64,000 nucleotides of DNA from Eutreptiella sp. 'Long Island Sound 2002' (lineage: Eukaryota; Protista; Euglenida), in contig OZ038378.1 of NCBI GenBank assembly GCA_964036045.1, forward strand, positions 187,984,001-188,048,000, read 5' to 3'. Made by a program: the position numbers and the translations under genes. Of this stretch, positions 22,050 to 34,438 are shown piece by piece (position 1 is the stretch's first letter; each line of letters opens with the position of its first letter). The notes below the pieces were generated by a model. It was given only the letters and a program-made list of their open reading frames with translations. It did not search any database and was not told where the DNA came from.

Positions 22050-25000
22050 GACCGCACCTCTGAGGAAAGGAGGGGGCTTGTGCAGATCGACAGCGGGGAA
22101 TTGGGTCCTCTGGGGAGCTGCTGTGCCATGTTGGGTTTTGGCAGACACATCTTTAAGCGGATCCGGCTCTGTCTGCCCACACCACACGCTCTGTTCCCTT
22201 GAGTTTGTGCTGCGGTAACGGAGGACAGCAGTTTGTGTGTACAAACTGTTTTTCAGCAAACGTTCAAGGAAAACTGACTTGGATTTTTGTACAAAAATTG
22301 TTGTACTACATTTTGCGAAGTTTTACCAAATGCCCGTACCCCATTCCCTGCTCCCCTGGTCCATAAACACACCTCAACACACCTCATGCCCTGCAGCTTC
22401 TGTCCACACCACATGCCCCGGTGTTTTGGGACCACGACAAGGATACAATCTGTCCTTCAAGAAACGCTCTTTTTCTTGGTGACGGGCAGCACCTCCAATT
22501 GCTGCAGGCGTGTGTGTGTGGTACTGCCAGCTGGTTCACTGTCCTGAGGTGGTGCAACCCCTCGCTTTTGTCTTGGCCCCTTTGAAACCAAATCCCTCAG
22601 TGGTATCTAGGCTACATTTCTGCACAGGAGAGGGATGTCAGTACAAATTTGGAGATTATCTTTTAAAATGGGGGTAAACTTGGGGTGAGTCCCGGAGCTT
22701 CGTGGCCGCATCCAACACAGACTGCTGCTGCAGGGGTGCACAGGTTTGCTTCGTGGCCAGGCAAATGGTCAGGCAAACAGGGAAATGAGCAGTGCCAGCC
22801 AAGGTACTAGTGAAAGGTCGGTTGGCAAGGCAAACAATCAGTTGGCCGATGAACGTCCATTGGTTCGGGTGACAGCCCCATCCCTCGGGGTCCCGGTCCG
22901 TCCATCTCCTTCACAATACGGGCCTCAACAAGCATGTCAGCAATCCCTGCTGACAGATTTCGTTGCAGCAGAGCTTAGCGATGGAACGGGCTGGGCTGAT
23001 GTGAGGAGGACAACACGCAGGAACTAATTGGCTTGAGCTGACAGTCATCCTGTCTACTTCAGCATTACCGGCAGCCTATTCCAAGAGCAGGAGGTTGGGT
23101 ATTTCCTCACCCACCCCTGCCCGCCAAAATTGGGTTTGGGATGCACTGACTTTGCTCAGTTTAACTGATGCTAGACCAAAAAATGCTTTTGATTGTTGAT
23201 ACAGCCTGTACCACACACCCCCAATCACAATGTCAATCCATTGCCACTCACTGCTGCTTGCATGCAGTGGTGCTGAGCAGAAAATCAGGAGACAGAAATC
23301 TTGAGCCTCCTAAGGAAACACCCTTGTCGTTGACCGACGTACAACGCAACATGTGTGTCACCGCCGCTTACATGCACGTGTATCATGTGGGAGCAAGAAG
23401 TGCAACAAGTGGCCATGGTCATGGCACAAATGTCGCCAAAATTTGTCCAGCTGTGCCATGCAGCCCAATGTTACATCAGGGTGAAATCTCAATACCATTG
23501 AAAAATGCAGCTCTTGCCCTCAAAGTGCCCCACTGTGTAACAAAGCACACAGATGTTTGCACAGAAATTGTCCTAGAAACCACTGATAGCGAGAAGGGGG
23601 TGCAAAAAGAGGAACCTCGCCCCCATGCCCGCAGGGTGTGGACTCTACAGGCACAGCATACTGTATACAGCATTCATAACTAGAGTAGTCAAGCAACAAG
23701 AGGGAAACATTTTGGTTGCAGGTAAAAAAACATTCCTTCTGGTCCATCATCTTCTGGTGGTTCAATTTCAATCACACTCCTCATCCACACCGCTGGCACC
23801 TTTTGGGGGTATTTCCTGCACTCCTTGACAGGTTGTTGGAACCCACTTCCCTTCAGCTCTTTCACAAAAACATCGTTGCTTCATGACATGGCAACACTAT
23901 GCATGTGCATTGCAACCCTCATTGTTGGTGATTGGTGGCCCCAGCCTACTCTTGGGGCTCTCCGCTCGCCACAAAGCTTAATTGTGGCCATTGGTTGGGG
24001 GATAAGGATAATAGCTTAAAAAGGGCTCAGATCAGTGGTGTCCAACCAAGATGATGATAAACAAGCCTGGCAATACCCAAAATGACGCCTACAGTGCTAT
24101 CCTTGGGTGCGTCCCTTCACGTTATGTGCACTGCATGGGCACAGCATCCAGTAAATGAATGCCACCATGCTCAGCCAATGATTTTGCCCTGTCCCCCCCC
24201 CCCCCCCCTTGGTACTCGCAGTCGCTAACGCCACTCACAGCCCCGCACGAGGCGGCGATGCCCAGCACACCGCCGGTAACACAGTCGTACACCCCAGTTA
24301 AAACGCCATCAGGACGCCCAACCCCCCTCTCACCACTGTGGGATATCGAGGTGTGTACACCGGTGCAAATCAAAAAGAAACAACGCCAGGCCACACCAGG
24401 ATCCACACTCCAGTGGTCGGCGGTACGCGGCCCGTTGCCTAATCACACGGAGGCCACGCCAGCCACAAGCCGGCGAACGAGCACGCCCTACCGTGTGGGA
24501 CCAGCGAGAACCACGTTCCACACGCCACAATCCCTGTCACCCATGTCCCCCCGAGTGTCCCTGCAGCTGCTAGCATCGTTGGAGCTGGTGGCAATGGAGG
24601 GCGAAGAACCCCTGTCCCCCCGGAAGGAACTGAACTATGAGACTTCGTCACAGGAGCCCCACTCGGATGCATCCGCGCCGGGCTCCCCCTCCACGGCTTC
24701 AACGATGTCATGCAGCACTGAAGGGTCACGATGCCTTACCCCCTGAGTGTTGAATGTTGAATGTCTTTGACCTTAACCGATCCTGTACCCACTGGGTTTT
24801 TCAACCTAAGGCCCCAGCAAAGCCCGACCTAGTGTGGCCGAATGGGGCCAGCTACAGCAGCACCACGGGAAGGGAGTGACCTTTGACCTGGATGCACGCA
24901 TAACCCTGTAGAGCCCAGGAAGCGAATGCAGCGAGCGGACACAGGGACGAGGGATGAACTGCTGAACAGACCTCGAGCTGAGGCTCCGCCGAACATTGGC

Positions 25001-25289
25001 AGATTGGACAGATGGCGATGACAGCTGTGGGGCAGGCGCAGCCAGAGCCAAATGCGGACACTGCAACCTGACCATTTGAGGCCCGTAGTACTCGCCCTTG
25101 CATCTGGGGGGGGCGAGGGAACCGTCACTTTCTGTTTTGCAAGTTTACACAGAAGGTTGGATATTGAGCTTCTCGGGCGCATTTGCTGGCTAGCCAAGGT
25201 GGTATTATTGGTGCATCTGTGCACTTCAGGTTTCTTGCATCCAAGGCACCCCACGTACCCTGTATGATGCAGAACACTTCTGTTTCTCG

Positions 25290-25480
25290 TAATTTCAGTC
25301 ATGGATTAAGCAGAAAGATAAGGCGAGATGGAACAAAAGCTTTGTGCATGGATAGTAGCACAAAGGAACAACCGTGTCATCGTGACCAAGAACATGTGCT
25401 TGGCTTTGGCCAGGAAATGGGGCAGTGCATCAGACATTGAGATTATGTGGGCCAAGAGTGCACCTGGTGTCTGGGGACCG
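25290..25480 (+). pseudogene. pogo/Tigger (CENP-B/Tc5-type HTH) transposase remnant
   Basis: SWIKQKDK followed, in another frame, by MEQKLCAWIVAQRNNRVIVTKNMCLALARKW, matching the Tc5 HTH pattern E..L..WI..QR....VT......A. No DDE domain or TIRs found. Confidence 0.5.
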
Positions 25481-27092
25481 GCAAATGGGGACTGGCAAAT
25501 GTTTTTGCCAACAGAAAAATGTACTACACGTGTGATGTCCTGAGGCAAACTGCTTGCCGGAGCCCCCTGCCAAGGCCCCCCTGCCAAGCCTGCCCCCAAA
25601 GCTGCCAAACCTCATGCCAAACCTCAACCAAGAGTGCAGCCAAACATGCTGCCCAGGTGGCAGCCAAGTCTGCAGCCCTGCTTGCAGCTGGAGAGCCCAT
25701 TCCTGTGGCTCATGTTGAGCATATGCAGCTGTTCAAAGGCAAATTCTGCGTCCAGAAAAAGTGGCACACATAGCCCGTCTCTCAGTAAAGCTGAACATGT
25801 ATCCCAATACGCAGTTTCTGGCTCATTTTGTGGTTCATATGCCTTTGTGTCTGCATGTCTTGTTTCGTGTCGCAGGTCCTTTGCATAGTAATCAGGGGGG
25901 GCGAGGGAACCGTCTCTTAGGGTATGCTCCCTTGGGGCAAGGATACTGTCACCTGCAGGTGATTACTATTCAAGGGGGTGGGTGGGGTACTCTTCAGCAA
26001 CTGTAGTTCCGTAGGAACGAAAGTTCCGTGCAAAGGGCTGAAGGGCGGGACGGGCGAGCATGAAAGGCTCAGGACTGTTTACACATGTTTGCGCACACAC
26101 TGTCTGTCCTGTCTATCAGTGCTTAATTTTGTGAGCGCCTCTATCACTAAATATGCCCTCCGACGCTGATGTTCGCTCTGGACAATCTCCGGTGCGGCAA
26201 AGTGCCTCTTCGAAGCAGGATGTGCTGCCCTAGCAGCAGCAAGGGGCAGGGCGGAGGGGGGGGGGGGGTGCGAGGGAAGCGGGGAGCGGAAGGTTAGGAC
26301 TCGGACTGGGCCAAGCTTGCAGCAAACGACCCCAAAGTGTTGGACTGTGTGTGGTCTTCTTTCTTTGCAGCTCTGCTGCACCTTGCAAACAAACTCCCGT
26401 TGGAAAGTCGAAACGCCGTATTGGACTGTGGCTACACTTTTTGGCATCAATCCGACAGCCTCAATACGACGAGAAGTGCGGTACTCTTCGGGGGAGAACT
26501 TGGAGCTCCAATTGTTAGCAGCATTTTCACCTACTATCGGCATGTGTTCCTCTTCGCTCTGGCCGTTCGGTGGGACATCAATGTGGCCCGTTTTGATCTG
26601 ATTCTAGAGCAGCCGCAGGCAGCGCGCGCCTTCGTGGAGCAAGGACAGAGTAGCCAGAAGCCCGCATGGGCACTCAGTGACCAAAATTTCCGAACCACAG
26701 ATGTTTATTCTTGATTCACAGACAACCAGTTCAGTTTCTCATTAAAGAAAAACCTGTACTATCGCAAGTGGATGAAGGGTAGAGTAAACAAGATGCCATT
26801 GCACGTAGAACGGAACATGGAATAGCACGCCATCTCAGTGATATAATTGTAGTTACGATTTCGCACTCCACAGCTTGCATCCAGTGCAACGTTATTCTGT
26901 AGTGACATGCTGGTTGAACCGTGACATGGCTAAAAGACAAGAATGCAGTCAGAAGCAGAATGCAAAATTGAAACAAATATCACAGCGATACGTTAAAGCG
27001 CACAGAAAACAATGTAGAACACATCAGGTGCAAAGATGCCTATGTGCGACTGGCGCTAGGATATGTAAGAGCAACAAGCATTTGCGGAACTC

Positions 27093-28460
27093 AAGGGACG
27101 ACTCCACCGATGAGCAAGAGCTGCTCGCGGGTATGCTGGTGCTATGTTCTCAGTCGTGATTATTCGGGAACAACCTGTGGTTTGGCTATGCGACCAAGAA
27201 CCAGTCCGCACTTTCCAAAAGTGCCCCCCACATAAGAAAGCTGAGCTCCGACGTTGGTGGACCTATTTGAGCCGACAACGATTCACAGCGCACCCTATCC
27301 AAGGTCACATCAGCCGCAACAACTTCGACGACCTCATTGGTGCCAAGTCTTGGGAGTTAGCTGAGGAGGCTTTCACCCGTATGGATGTACACCTCGACCT
27401 GAACATGACTATGATAAGACCCCTTGATGGACTCCAACAAGTTGAGTACCCGAAGGAGTTTGGGGATAGCTACAAATGCGCAGAGAAGCGTCTGGAACCC
27501 GTCCTGGTTACCCAGGAGCAGTGGAAACGAGACAAGAACTACATCTGGCATGAGCACCAGATTGTGGTAGCTAGCGAACGGATTCCGGTCCTCTTCAAGT
27601 GGACCCATGAGTCCAGTGGCTATGTCGGGGCTGACCGTACTTTGCATCTGTTCAAGGAATGCTTCCACGCTACGTGGAGTGATGACCAGCTACGGAAACC
27701 CCTCCAACCTATCCTAGACAAATGCCCATGCAGGTTCCGCAAACATGGAGACGTGAAGAATATAGGTCTCTATTTGACCCTTCCCGTTCCAAAGTGTGCC
27801 AATAGTGTGCGCTACTTGGAGTACACCGAGATGCTAAAGTTTGGGGGCTATGACTTCACCGTAGTGGTGACTTGTGCGCGGACCAGGTTCATTCGGGTGT
27901 TTCTCCGCACCAAGCGCCTCACCGGCAAGGGCACCATCAAGCTTCTCCTCGAAAGATGGTTCACTATCTATGGTGCACCTAAGGAGATGAACTCTGACGA
28001 AGATGTTAGGCTACGTTGTGACACCGGTTGGTACAAGGGGGTCCCAAGAGCTCTCAACGTCCAAGTGTCTACGGAAATTCTTTCTACTCATAGGAGGAAC
28101 CCTCTATGTGAACGACAGAGCTGAGTTTTCAAGGAGAATGTTTGAATATGGTGCAAGTCGGAACACACCAAGGACTGGTAAGGCTATTCCCCGTCTTTGA
28201 TGATGATCTCCCAGGAGAGTTCGGCTCTTGGCTACTCACTCTGCCAAGTATTCATGGGACGTCCAACGTGGTTCCTACACACAGTATCCTGAAGATTCCT
28301 ACTCCACAGTGGGAGTTGGCTCAAGGAACAAGAGAAGAAGATGGACAAGCCCAAGGCTATGCTCCAACGAGTGAGGGAGCGATAGTGGGACAAAAAAAAC
28401 AAGCACCAGGCCTGCCACCTACGAAGAGGGTGAATGGGTGTTGGTGCGCCACGGTCTTGG
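27093..28460 (+). pseudogene. Decayed Ty3/gypsy RNase H-integrase fragment, same lineage as the intact element
   Basis: EQELLAGMLVL, VVWLCDQEPVR, WTHESSGYVGADRTL, EMNSDEDVR and NPLCERQ align with Pol at 36694-38600. Contains deletions, frameshifts and stops. Confidence 0.92.
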
Positions 28461-28463
28461 TCC

Positions 28464-28730
28464 ACAGCCTATACATTTTTATCTATTTTTTCATGAATGC
28501 CTACTTATCCTACTAGTATGCACCCCAAGGGCAAGTGCACCTCTTTTTGAGAGGTCTTGGGTTCAAAACCCATTAGCCTAGCTAAGTAAGATGAGCCGTG
28601 ATGATATGGCGGTGACCTTGGTGTCACATGCCATGGTACCTCAGCACCTATGGGACCAAAAACAAAGGGTTCACCTCTGAGAGTGACGCTATTTCAGAGA
28701 GGGTGCCCATGAGGGCAACTTTCATCGTTT
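28464..28730 (+). repeat. Diverged LTR fragment of the decayed gypsy copy
   Basis: Aligns to the reverse complement of the intact LTR (TATGCACC...GCACCTCTTTTTGAGAGGTC.TGGGTTCAA...CCTCAGCAC.TATGGGA.C.AAAACAAAG). Confidence 0.85.
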
Positions 28731-31700
28731 GTTTCATTAATTTTCTAACTATCTTTTGATTGCTGCACTCAGGATTAGATCTATTGTTGTGAATATCCTA
28801 CTTTTGTAAAGCTCCCATCTCCTTTGTACTGTAGGTTTTCATGTTTGGAGTTATTGGATCATGATCACGTGCAATTCCTTATCTAGTTTTGAATATTTTG
28901 AAAACCATTTGCAGAAAAACTTGTAGAGGAACAAACACCAACAGCAAAATAGCAGGCAATAACATCCAGAAGCAACGGGGATGCTAGAAGAATCAGTGCA
29001 CAAATTTTATAGCAACCCCAACTTTTAGATTTGTTCTCATCTATTGGTTGCTTTCGGGTCATCACTTGAATCCTCCTTTTTGCGAGACTCTGTTGCCGCT
29101 TTGTCGTCTTTGGTTTTGTCTCCGTCCGGCTCATTATGTTCATCGGTCACGCTCGAATTTTCCGAGTCCATGTTGGCACCATGTGGAGAACATTTGTCCA
29201 AAATATTTGATCCCATATGACCTTCACCACACTCAGTGGCCACTATCTTGCAATCCGAAGAAGAAAAAATCTTGAATACGCACAGACCGTGTTTGTTCTC
29301 CATGTCCAACTTGCCATGCACCACACCCGTGATGGACTTTGCACATTTTGACTTTTTGAAAAAAACGACGGTTGTGACATGGAGTGACTTTTGCCGCAAA
29401 TGGTTTGGTATCGGGGTTTCGAGGACAATTTGACCAAAAAAATTTTAGCATATCTTTGAATCTCAGATTTGGATCGCCTGGTGCGGCGATCGAGATAGCC
29501 GGAGCGCCGTGAGCAATGGCGTATTCTGGTTTTCAGGATTTCAGAAGGTGTCGTAAAAACAAAGATCCGAATCATTTTTTTATGTCACAAAGATCAAGAT
29601 TTGTGAGGGATTCTGGCTGGTTTGGCTCAAAGCCACCTTGGACCGAATCGAGTATCGACCGCAACAATGAATTACCGTCGAGTGTCCCCAATCCAACACA
29701 GCACTCGACTTGCATAACCGCGTTGTGCTTTGCATTTCAATGTCGCATGTTGTTTGCTTATTTTAAGCTTGTTGAATGTATTGTTGGCTGAAATACATGA
29801 CCTCATTCACGATAACAATATCTCACGATATGTGTTATGTTGGTCTTGTTGTTGACTTGTTTCATGCCTAAACGTTCCGAACTAATGTCGACTCCATTTG
29901 CAAGGAATAGCTTCATTCCAAGGCCAACATGGCCACATGTAACTGTGGTGACGTAAAGGATGGTTCTCCTCTCCCCACAAGTGATCGAGCCTTGTGAACG
30001 CCTCAAATGGGATTCAAGGGTGACCAGTTATGTTTTGTGTTGCCTTGGGAACAAGCAAATAGGATGGGTGTTGCATACCCCAACTACCCCGAAAGAAGTC
30101 ATTCTTTGATTTCGATTTTTCAATCCATTGTTATATCTCCAAACCCGCATTCGGGCATTGATTGTACATCAACATGGGACCATGTTTGACTCCCATGTTT
30201 CATGAACCACCCCTACTCCTTTTATGCTTGGAGATACATTACCAACACAATGGACACTTTCAGTATTTTGTCCATTGTACACCATAATGGCAAAGGCATA
30301 TCTTCGAGTCCTTTGGGATTTGAGAAATATCCTTTGCACAACATTAACATTGGATTATGGGCAAGAATGATTGATTATAGTTCATTTCAACTTCACGCAT
30401 GCTTGGAGATCAAATCAAACTCATGTTGTCATTTGGACATAAATTTAAGCCATTTTCATCACGATCCATTTGCAAGCATGTATATGAACGCAACATATCT
30501 CCAAGTGTATAGTGACTTGAGACCCGCACTTCTAGGATGCATTGCTACCTGATGCATGTGCATTCTGTGCGTGTTGTGCTCTCCTCCCCACTCATGGATA
30601 TGGAGATATTGACATTTTTACAATGTCATTTCCAATCAGTCTTTTCCGCATATCTGCATGTGTTTTACTCCTCGTACCCCTTTGTGAACTAAAGATTTGG
30701 AGGTGTAAAAACGTGGGTGATTAGTGTGTGAGTTGCTACACCCTTTCACCCTCTCATCGCTATTGTTTTGCTTCTATTCCTCTTTTGTTTGGTGCTACGA
30801 TCCTTGCATCTCAGGACCTCCTCCTCGTGCTCTTGATGATGAGTCGGTCGTCAGTACACCGGAGGAGTTCCATGTACGTCGCTTAATTGGCAACCAGCTC
30901 GGCCCATAAACCGTAGTACTCAACACAAACCTGTGGTGTCCTGGATCTTTGCATTGTGTTGCCGTTTGCTTGTGTCTTGGGGCTGAATAAGTAGGTTTTC
31001 TACTTGCACAAACTCCTCCCCAACACACAAGGCGCCGGACACATTTTGTTAACTCTGCTTAACAGGTTGCATTTGGGGGTAAAACCGATCCTGTGCCTTT
31101 GGTTTTCAATTTAAAGGAAAGGTGCTTTCCTAGAGTAGTAAGACTATTTGGATTGCTTATTTTCTCAAAGTGACAACCGAGGAATTCATAAGCTCCCACC
31201 AAGCTTCTTACATATGGTACCACGCCACACCATGTTTTTTCGCATATGAACAATGGTAGTGCCCACCGGCTAACCGGAAGGGAGGGCGGTGCACCCTTTT
31301 TTCAATTTTCCATCATCTATTTGTGCTTCCATCTTTTTGCATTTGCGGACATACAATCTTTCATTCACTTCCATCTCTTGTTTCTCTCTCTCAAGTAGCT
31401 CTGACGTGGCTTCGATGATGTACGCATGTGTACAGACAGACTAGCAACATAATGAAGCGGTACCCAGGACCCCATGGCCCATAGGGCAAACGTCTGTCCT
31501 TCCCCGTCACCTACGCTTATTCCCCGTCTTGCTCGTCGGGATATGTTTCCTCTTGCCCGATGCAAACCGGCATGGGACCGATCCCGTCCCTAACCTTCCC
31601 AATCGATTGAATTGATCAGGAATTTTTATAATTTCAATTGAATGATCGAATCTTGCGGGAAATCGATTCAAAATGATTTTTCTGACCCGAATTCTGGCCG

Positions 31701-33614
31701 CCGCGAAAATGCTGCCTGTCGTCGCCTGCGCGCGTGTTGGCGGCGTGTTTCCGTGGTGCGTTTTGTTTTGACTTTTTCTCCTGCACCTTGGAGGTTGGAA
31801 AGGAAGTTAAGGGATGGATTTGTACGGCTTTTCATGTACTTTCATCCGGTGTACTCAAGCAGGGCACCTGGGCCTCGCACAAACGGAAACGCAGCGAGGC
31901 AAGTTGTGGACAGCCTAAGGACGGAGGTGTGGGGACAGCAAAAACAGTCAAACGACCCCCGCAACAACCGGCACAACCCCAATACGCCAACTATTGGGCG
32001 CTGATCGCGCGCAAAAGGCACACCCTGCCACATCCACCACAGCCCTAGCACACCAACCACTGGGCTCTGCGAACGCGGAAACGACACCAGCACGAGCACC
32101 GGCAGCAACGGCCGACAGAAAGCGTCAACCCGACGCAACATGCGAAGGGAAGAACGGGTGACTGCCCCGTAAAGAAACAACAACCAAACGGAATGTCACA
32201 CAGGGGGGGGGGGGGGCGAGAAAGAGTGGCTCATGAGCGCACCATAACTTTTGCTTAAGTTTGTGTACCAAAAATAGCCCAAATCAGTATTTCCTTTTGT
32301 AAAGTTCATTTTTTTCCCACTATGGAATCCGGGTCCAGGGGGGGAGGGGGGTTAGCCCCCCCCCCCCATCCAGGAGATGCTGAGTTGTTAAGCAAAACTC
32401 TGCCTGCCAGCCTGGTACAGCCATCCGTCCTGGCTCTGTCTGCCGGGGGGGGGGGGTTATCGTGTTCCAAAATGGTCTCCGAGTCCACCCCCAGGGTGAT
32501 CGCCGAATTATGGTCAGCCAGCAGGATGACAGGATGGCCATGGGGAAAGCATTCATGGCCTGTTTCAGTTTCTGCCACTGGGCTCTCCGTTTATCCGGTT
32601 TATCGCTGATCTGGGATGCAATGAAAGTGATCTGAAGTCCCTCAGAACTTCATAAGATTATGTAGTAGCCGTCGCGTCTGGGAGAAAATTGACTCGCAAG
32701 CTTTTCCCTGAAATGACCGAACTCATGGTTCTCATAGACCATGAGTTCTTAGGGAACTCTGCATCTCCTGCCTTTCCCTTCCTTTCATGCCCCTCTCACA
32801 TGGGCATATCTCTTCCTTTGGGGAAGCGACTTATAGGGGTGTTTTTGAACACACATGGGTGCAAAAAGTCAAAATCCTGCGCAAACGCTAACTTTGTGTA
32901 CTTGTGAGCATGAACGTAAACAACTTAATGCTCACAAGAACAATGGCCTGAGGCCATTTTCGATTTTGGAGCCAACTCAACGACGGCTGCACGCAATTCA
33001 ATGCGTACCAAAACATGGTGGTTTGAACGGACAACTTTTTCTCTAAAATTTGGCCAGAATGGCCGTGGCGCCAAGGCCCGTTCTCGAAGCCAACGGCGAT
33101 ATGAGCCTCAAACCAAGGCAATATGGAAAGTAGAGAGCACGGACGACATGTGGCATAGCTTGCTTGATTGTTCCAAGCATATCTACTATTTTATATAACA
33201 TTGCCCTGTGAGCACGCGCGCCTATTCTGCCTTTTTCCACACGTGCCCATATGCATGCATGATGGACTTGGGATCCAAGGGAGGGCTTGACCCATAGCAA
33301 GTATGTTTGTGAACACGGTCTATAGGTCCTTCAATTTGGGTATATGCCATATTATATGGGCTTTGGTGTCCCATGGGTATATATGTCCCAATATTGCCAT
33401 TTATGCCATTTTTCCCACTTTTCGTGTGCTCCAAGGGCTGAAGCGTTAACGATGGTCTTCTTGCGCTTCGGACCCGAACCAATGTTGATAAAGGGACTCA
33501 AGGCTTTGGGTTACTTCCATGCAAAAGCCTAAAGTCCATCTCCCTTGGGAACCGGAGATACAATTTTTGGAGTAAACACTTTTGGGACTACTAACCCTCT
33601 TTTTGACCATAATG

Positions 33615-34430
33615 AGAAAAGTTTATAGTGTTTTCAGCACTGTGTTTTTGCTTCTCCTGCTGCTTGTTGTTGCTGTAGGGTGTCCTGCTGCTGGTTTTGG
33701 ATGATGAAAAGCTTTTGTTTGTTGAAATACAATAAAGCCAACTCAATCCAGGATAGCCCAAGCCAATAGTATGCAAGGAGAAGGTAATTCAGGATCAAAG
33801 CATGAAGGGCTGCAGTGTACACAGTGAAAGATGATTAGATATTCACAGAAACTGCAACTCAGGATACAAATGAATGCTTATTCACAGAGATAGCTGAAAT
33901 GTTTTGGGAAAAGAGTTGGAAAACTGCCTCAGGTTCACTCTCTCTCCATAGTGCCATCTTAGGAGATGTGCACTCTTTGTTTTGGCTCCCATATGTGCTG
34001 AGGTGGCATGGTATGTGGCGATGAGGTCACTGCCATGTCACATGGGATCTTCCTACTTAGTTGGGATCTTCCTACTTAGTTAGGCTGACCAGGAATTGAA
34101 CCCAGGACCTCTCAAAAAGAGGTGCCTAACCCCCTATGGTGCATACCACTAGGGCAGATAAGTATTCATGGAAAAACATAGATAAATTCATAGGCTCTAC
34201 CTTAGGTATGTCAGTGCTCAGTCAACTCAGGAAAAGATGTTTTACTTCTGATTGAAAGGGGATTAAGGGGTCCACTCCATATCCTGATTGGGTGTTTGGT
34301 TCCATAGGTCAAAATGTGTTCTCACCACTTTTGGCTGGACCAATACTAAGATAAAATGCATGGATGCTCAGTGCATCTCTAATACAACTAGAGTATGTCC
34401 CAAAGCAATGGAAAAGCACTTTTTCTTACT
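33615..34430 (-). repeat. 3' LTR (816 bp), termini 5'-AGTAAG...CTTTTCT-3'
   Basis: Boundaries are fixed by LTR-LTR identity, the TSD and the adjacent PPT. Confidence 0.95.
34083..34140 (-). other. tRNA-derived segment inside the LTR (A-box-like, hairpin, B-box/T-arm); also at 44691-44748
   Basis: TAGGGGGTTAGGC-ACCTC TTTTTGA GAGGT-CCTGGGTTCAATTCCTGGTCAG. GGTTCAATTCC fits the B-box, but there is no acceptor-stem pairing, so it is not called a tRNA gene. Confidence 0.6.
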
Positions 34431-34438
34431 CCCCCCTT
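34431..34438 (-). other. Polypurine tract (AAGGGGGG)
   Basis: Immediately 5' of the 3' LTR on the element strand. Confidence 0.85.

Larger units (their letters stand above)
20309..23681 (+). repeat. Segmental direct duplication, copy A' (partner 7275-10656)
   Basis: Begins 10 bp after the right TIR; offset 13034-13035 from copy A, then 13026 after the 9-bp deletion. Confidence 0.97.

Noticed and set aside
7275-23681. The two 3.4-kb copies as LTRs of a giant retroelement
   Set aside because: No PBS, PPT, TSD or RT. The interior is an independent TIR-bounded DNA transposon and the repeats contain a host-type gene.
24159-24746. 195-aa Ser/Thr/Pro-rich ORF
   Set aside because: Low complexity, includes a C-run, and has no domain or clear splice signals, so it cannot be supported as a gene.
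29960-30240. 2OG-Fe(II)/TET-JBP-like HxD...H...RS motifs on the minus strand
   Set aside because: That frame has six stops in about 90 codons, which is about random expectation, so the motif match is likely chance.
33725-33736. AATAAA in the LTR as the element's polyadenylation signal
   Set aside because: It is on the plus strand, antisense to the element as oriented by PBS, PPT and ORFs.
34083-34140. Functional tRNA gene (apparent TTT anticodon loop)
   Set aside because: No acceptor-stem pairing, and the spacing between hairpin and T-arm is too short for a cloverleaf. Kept only as a tRNA-derived module.
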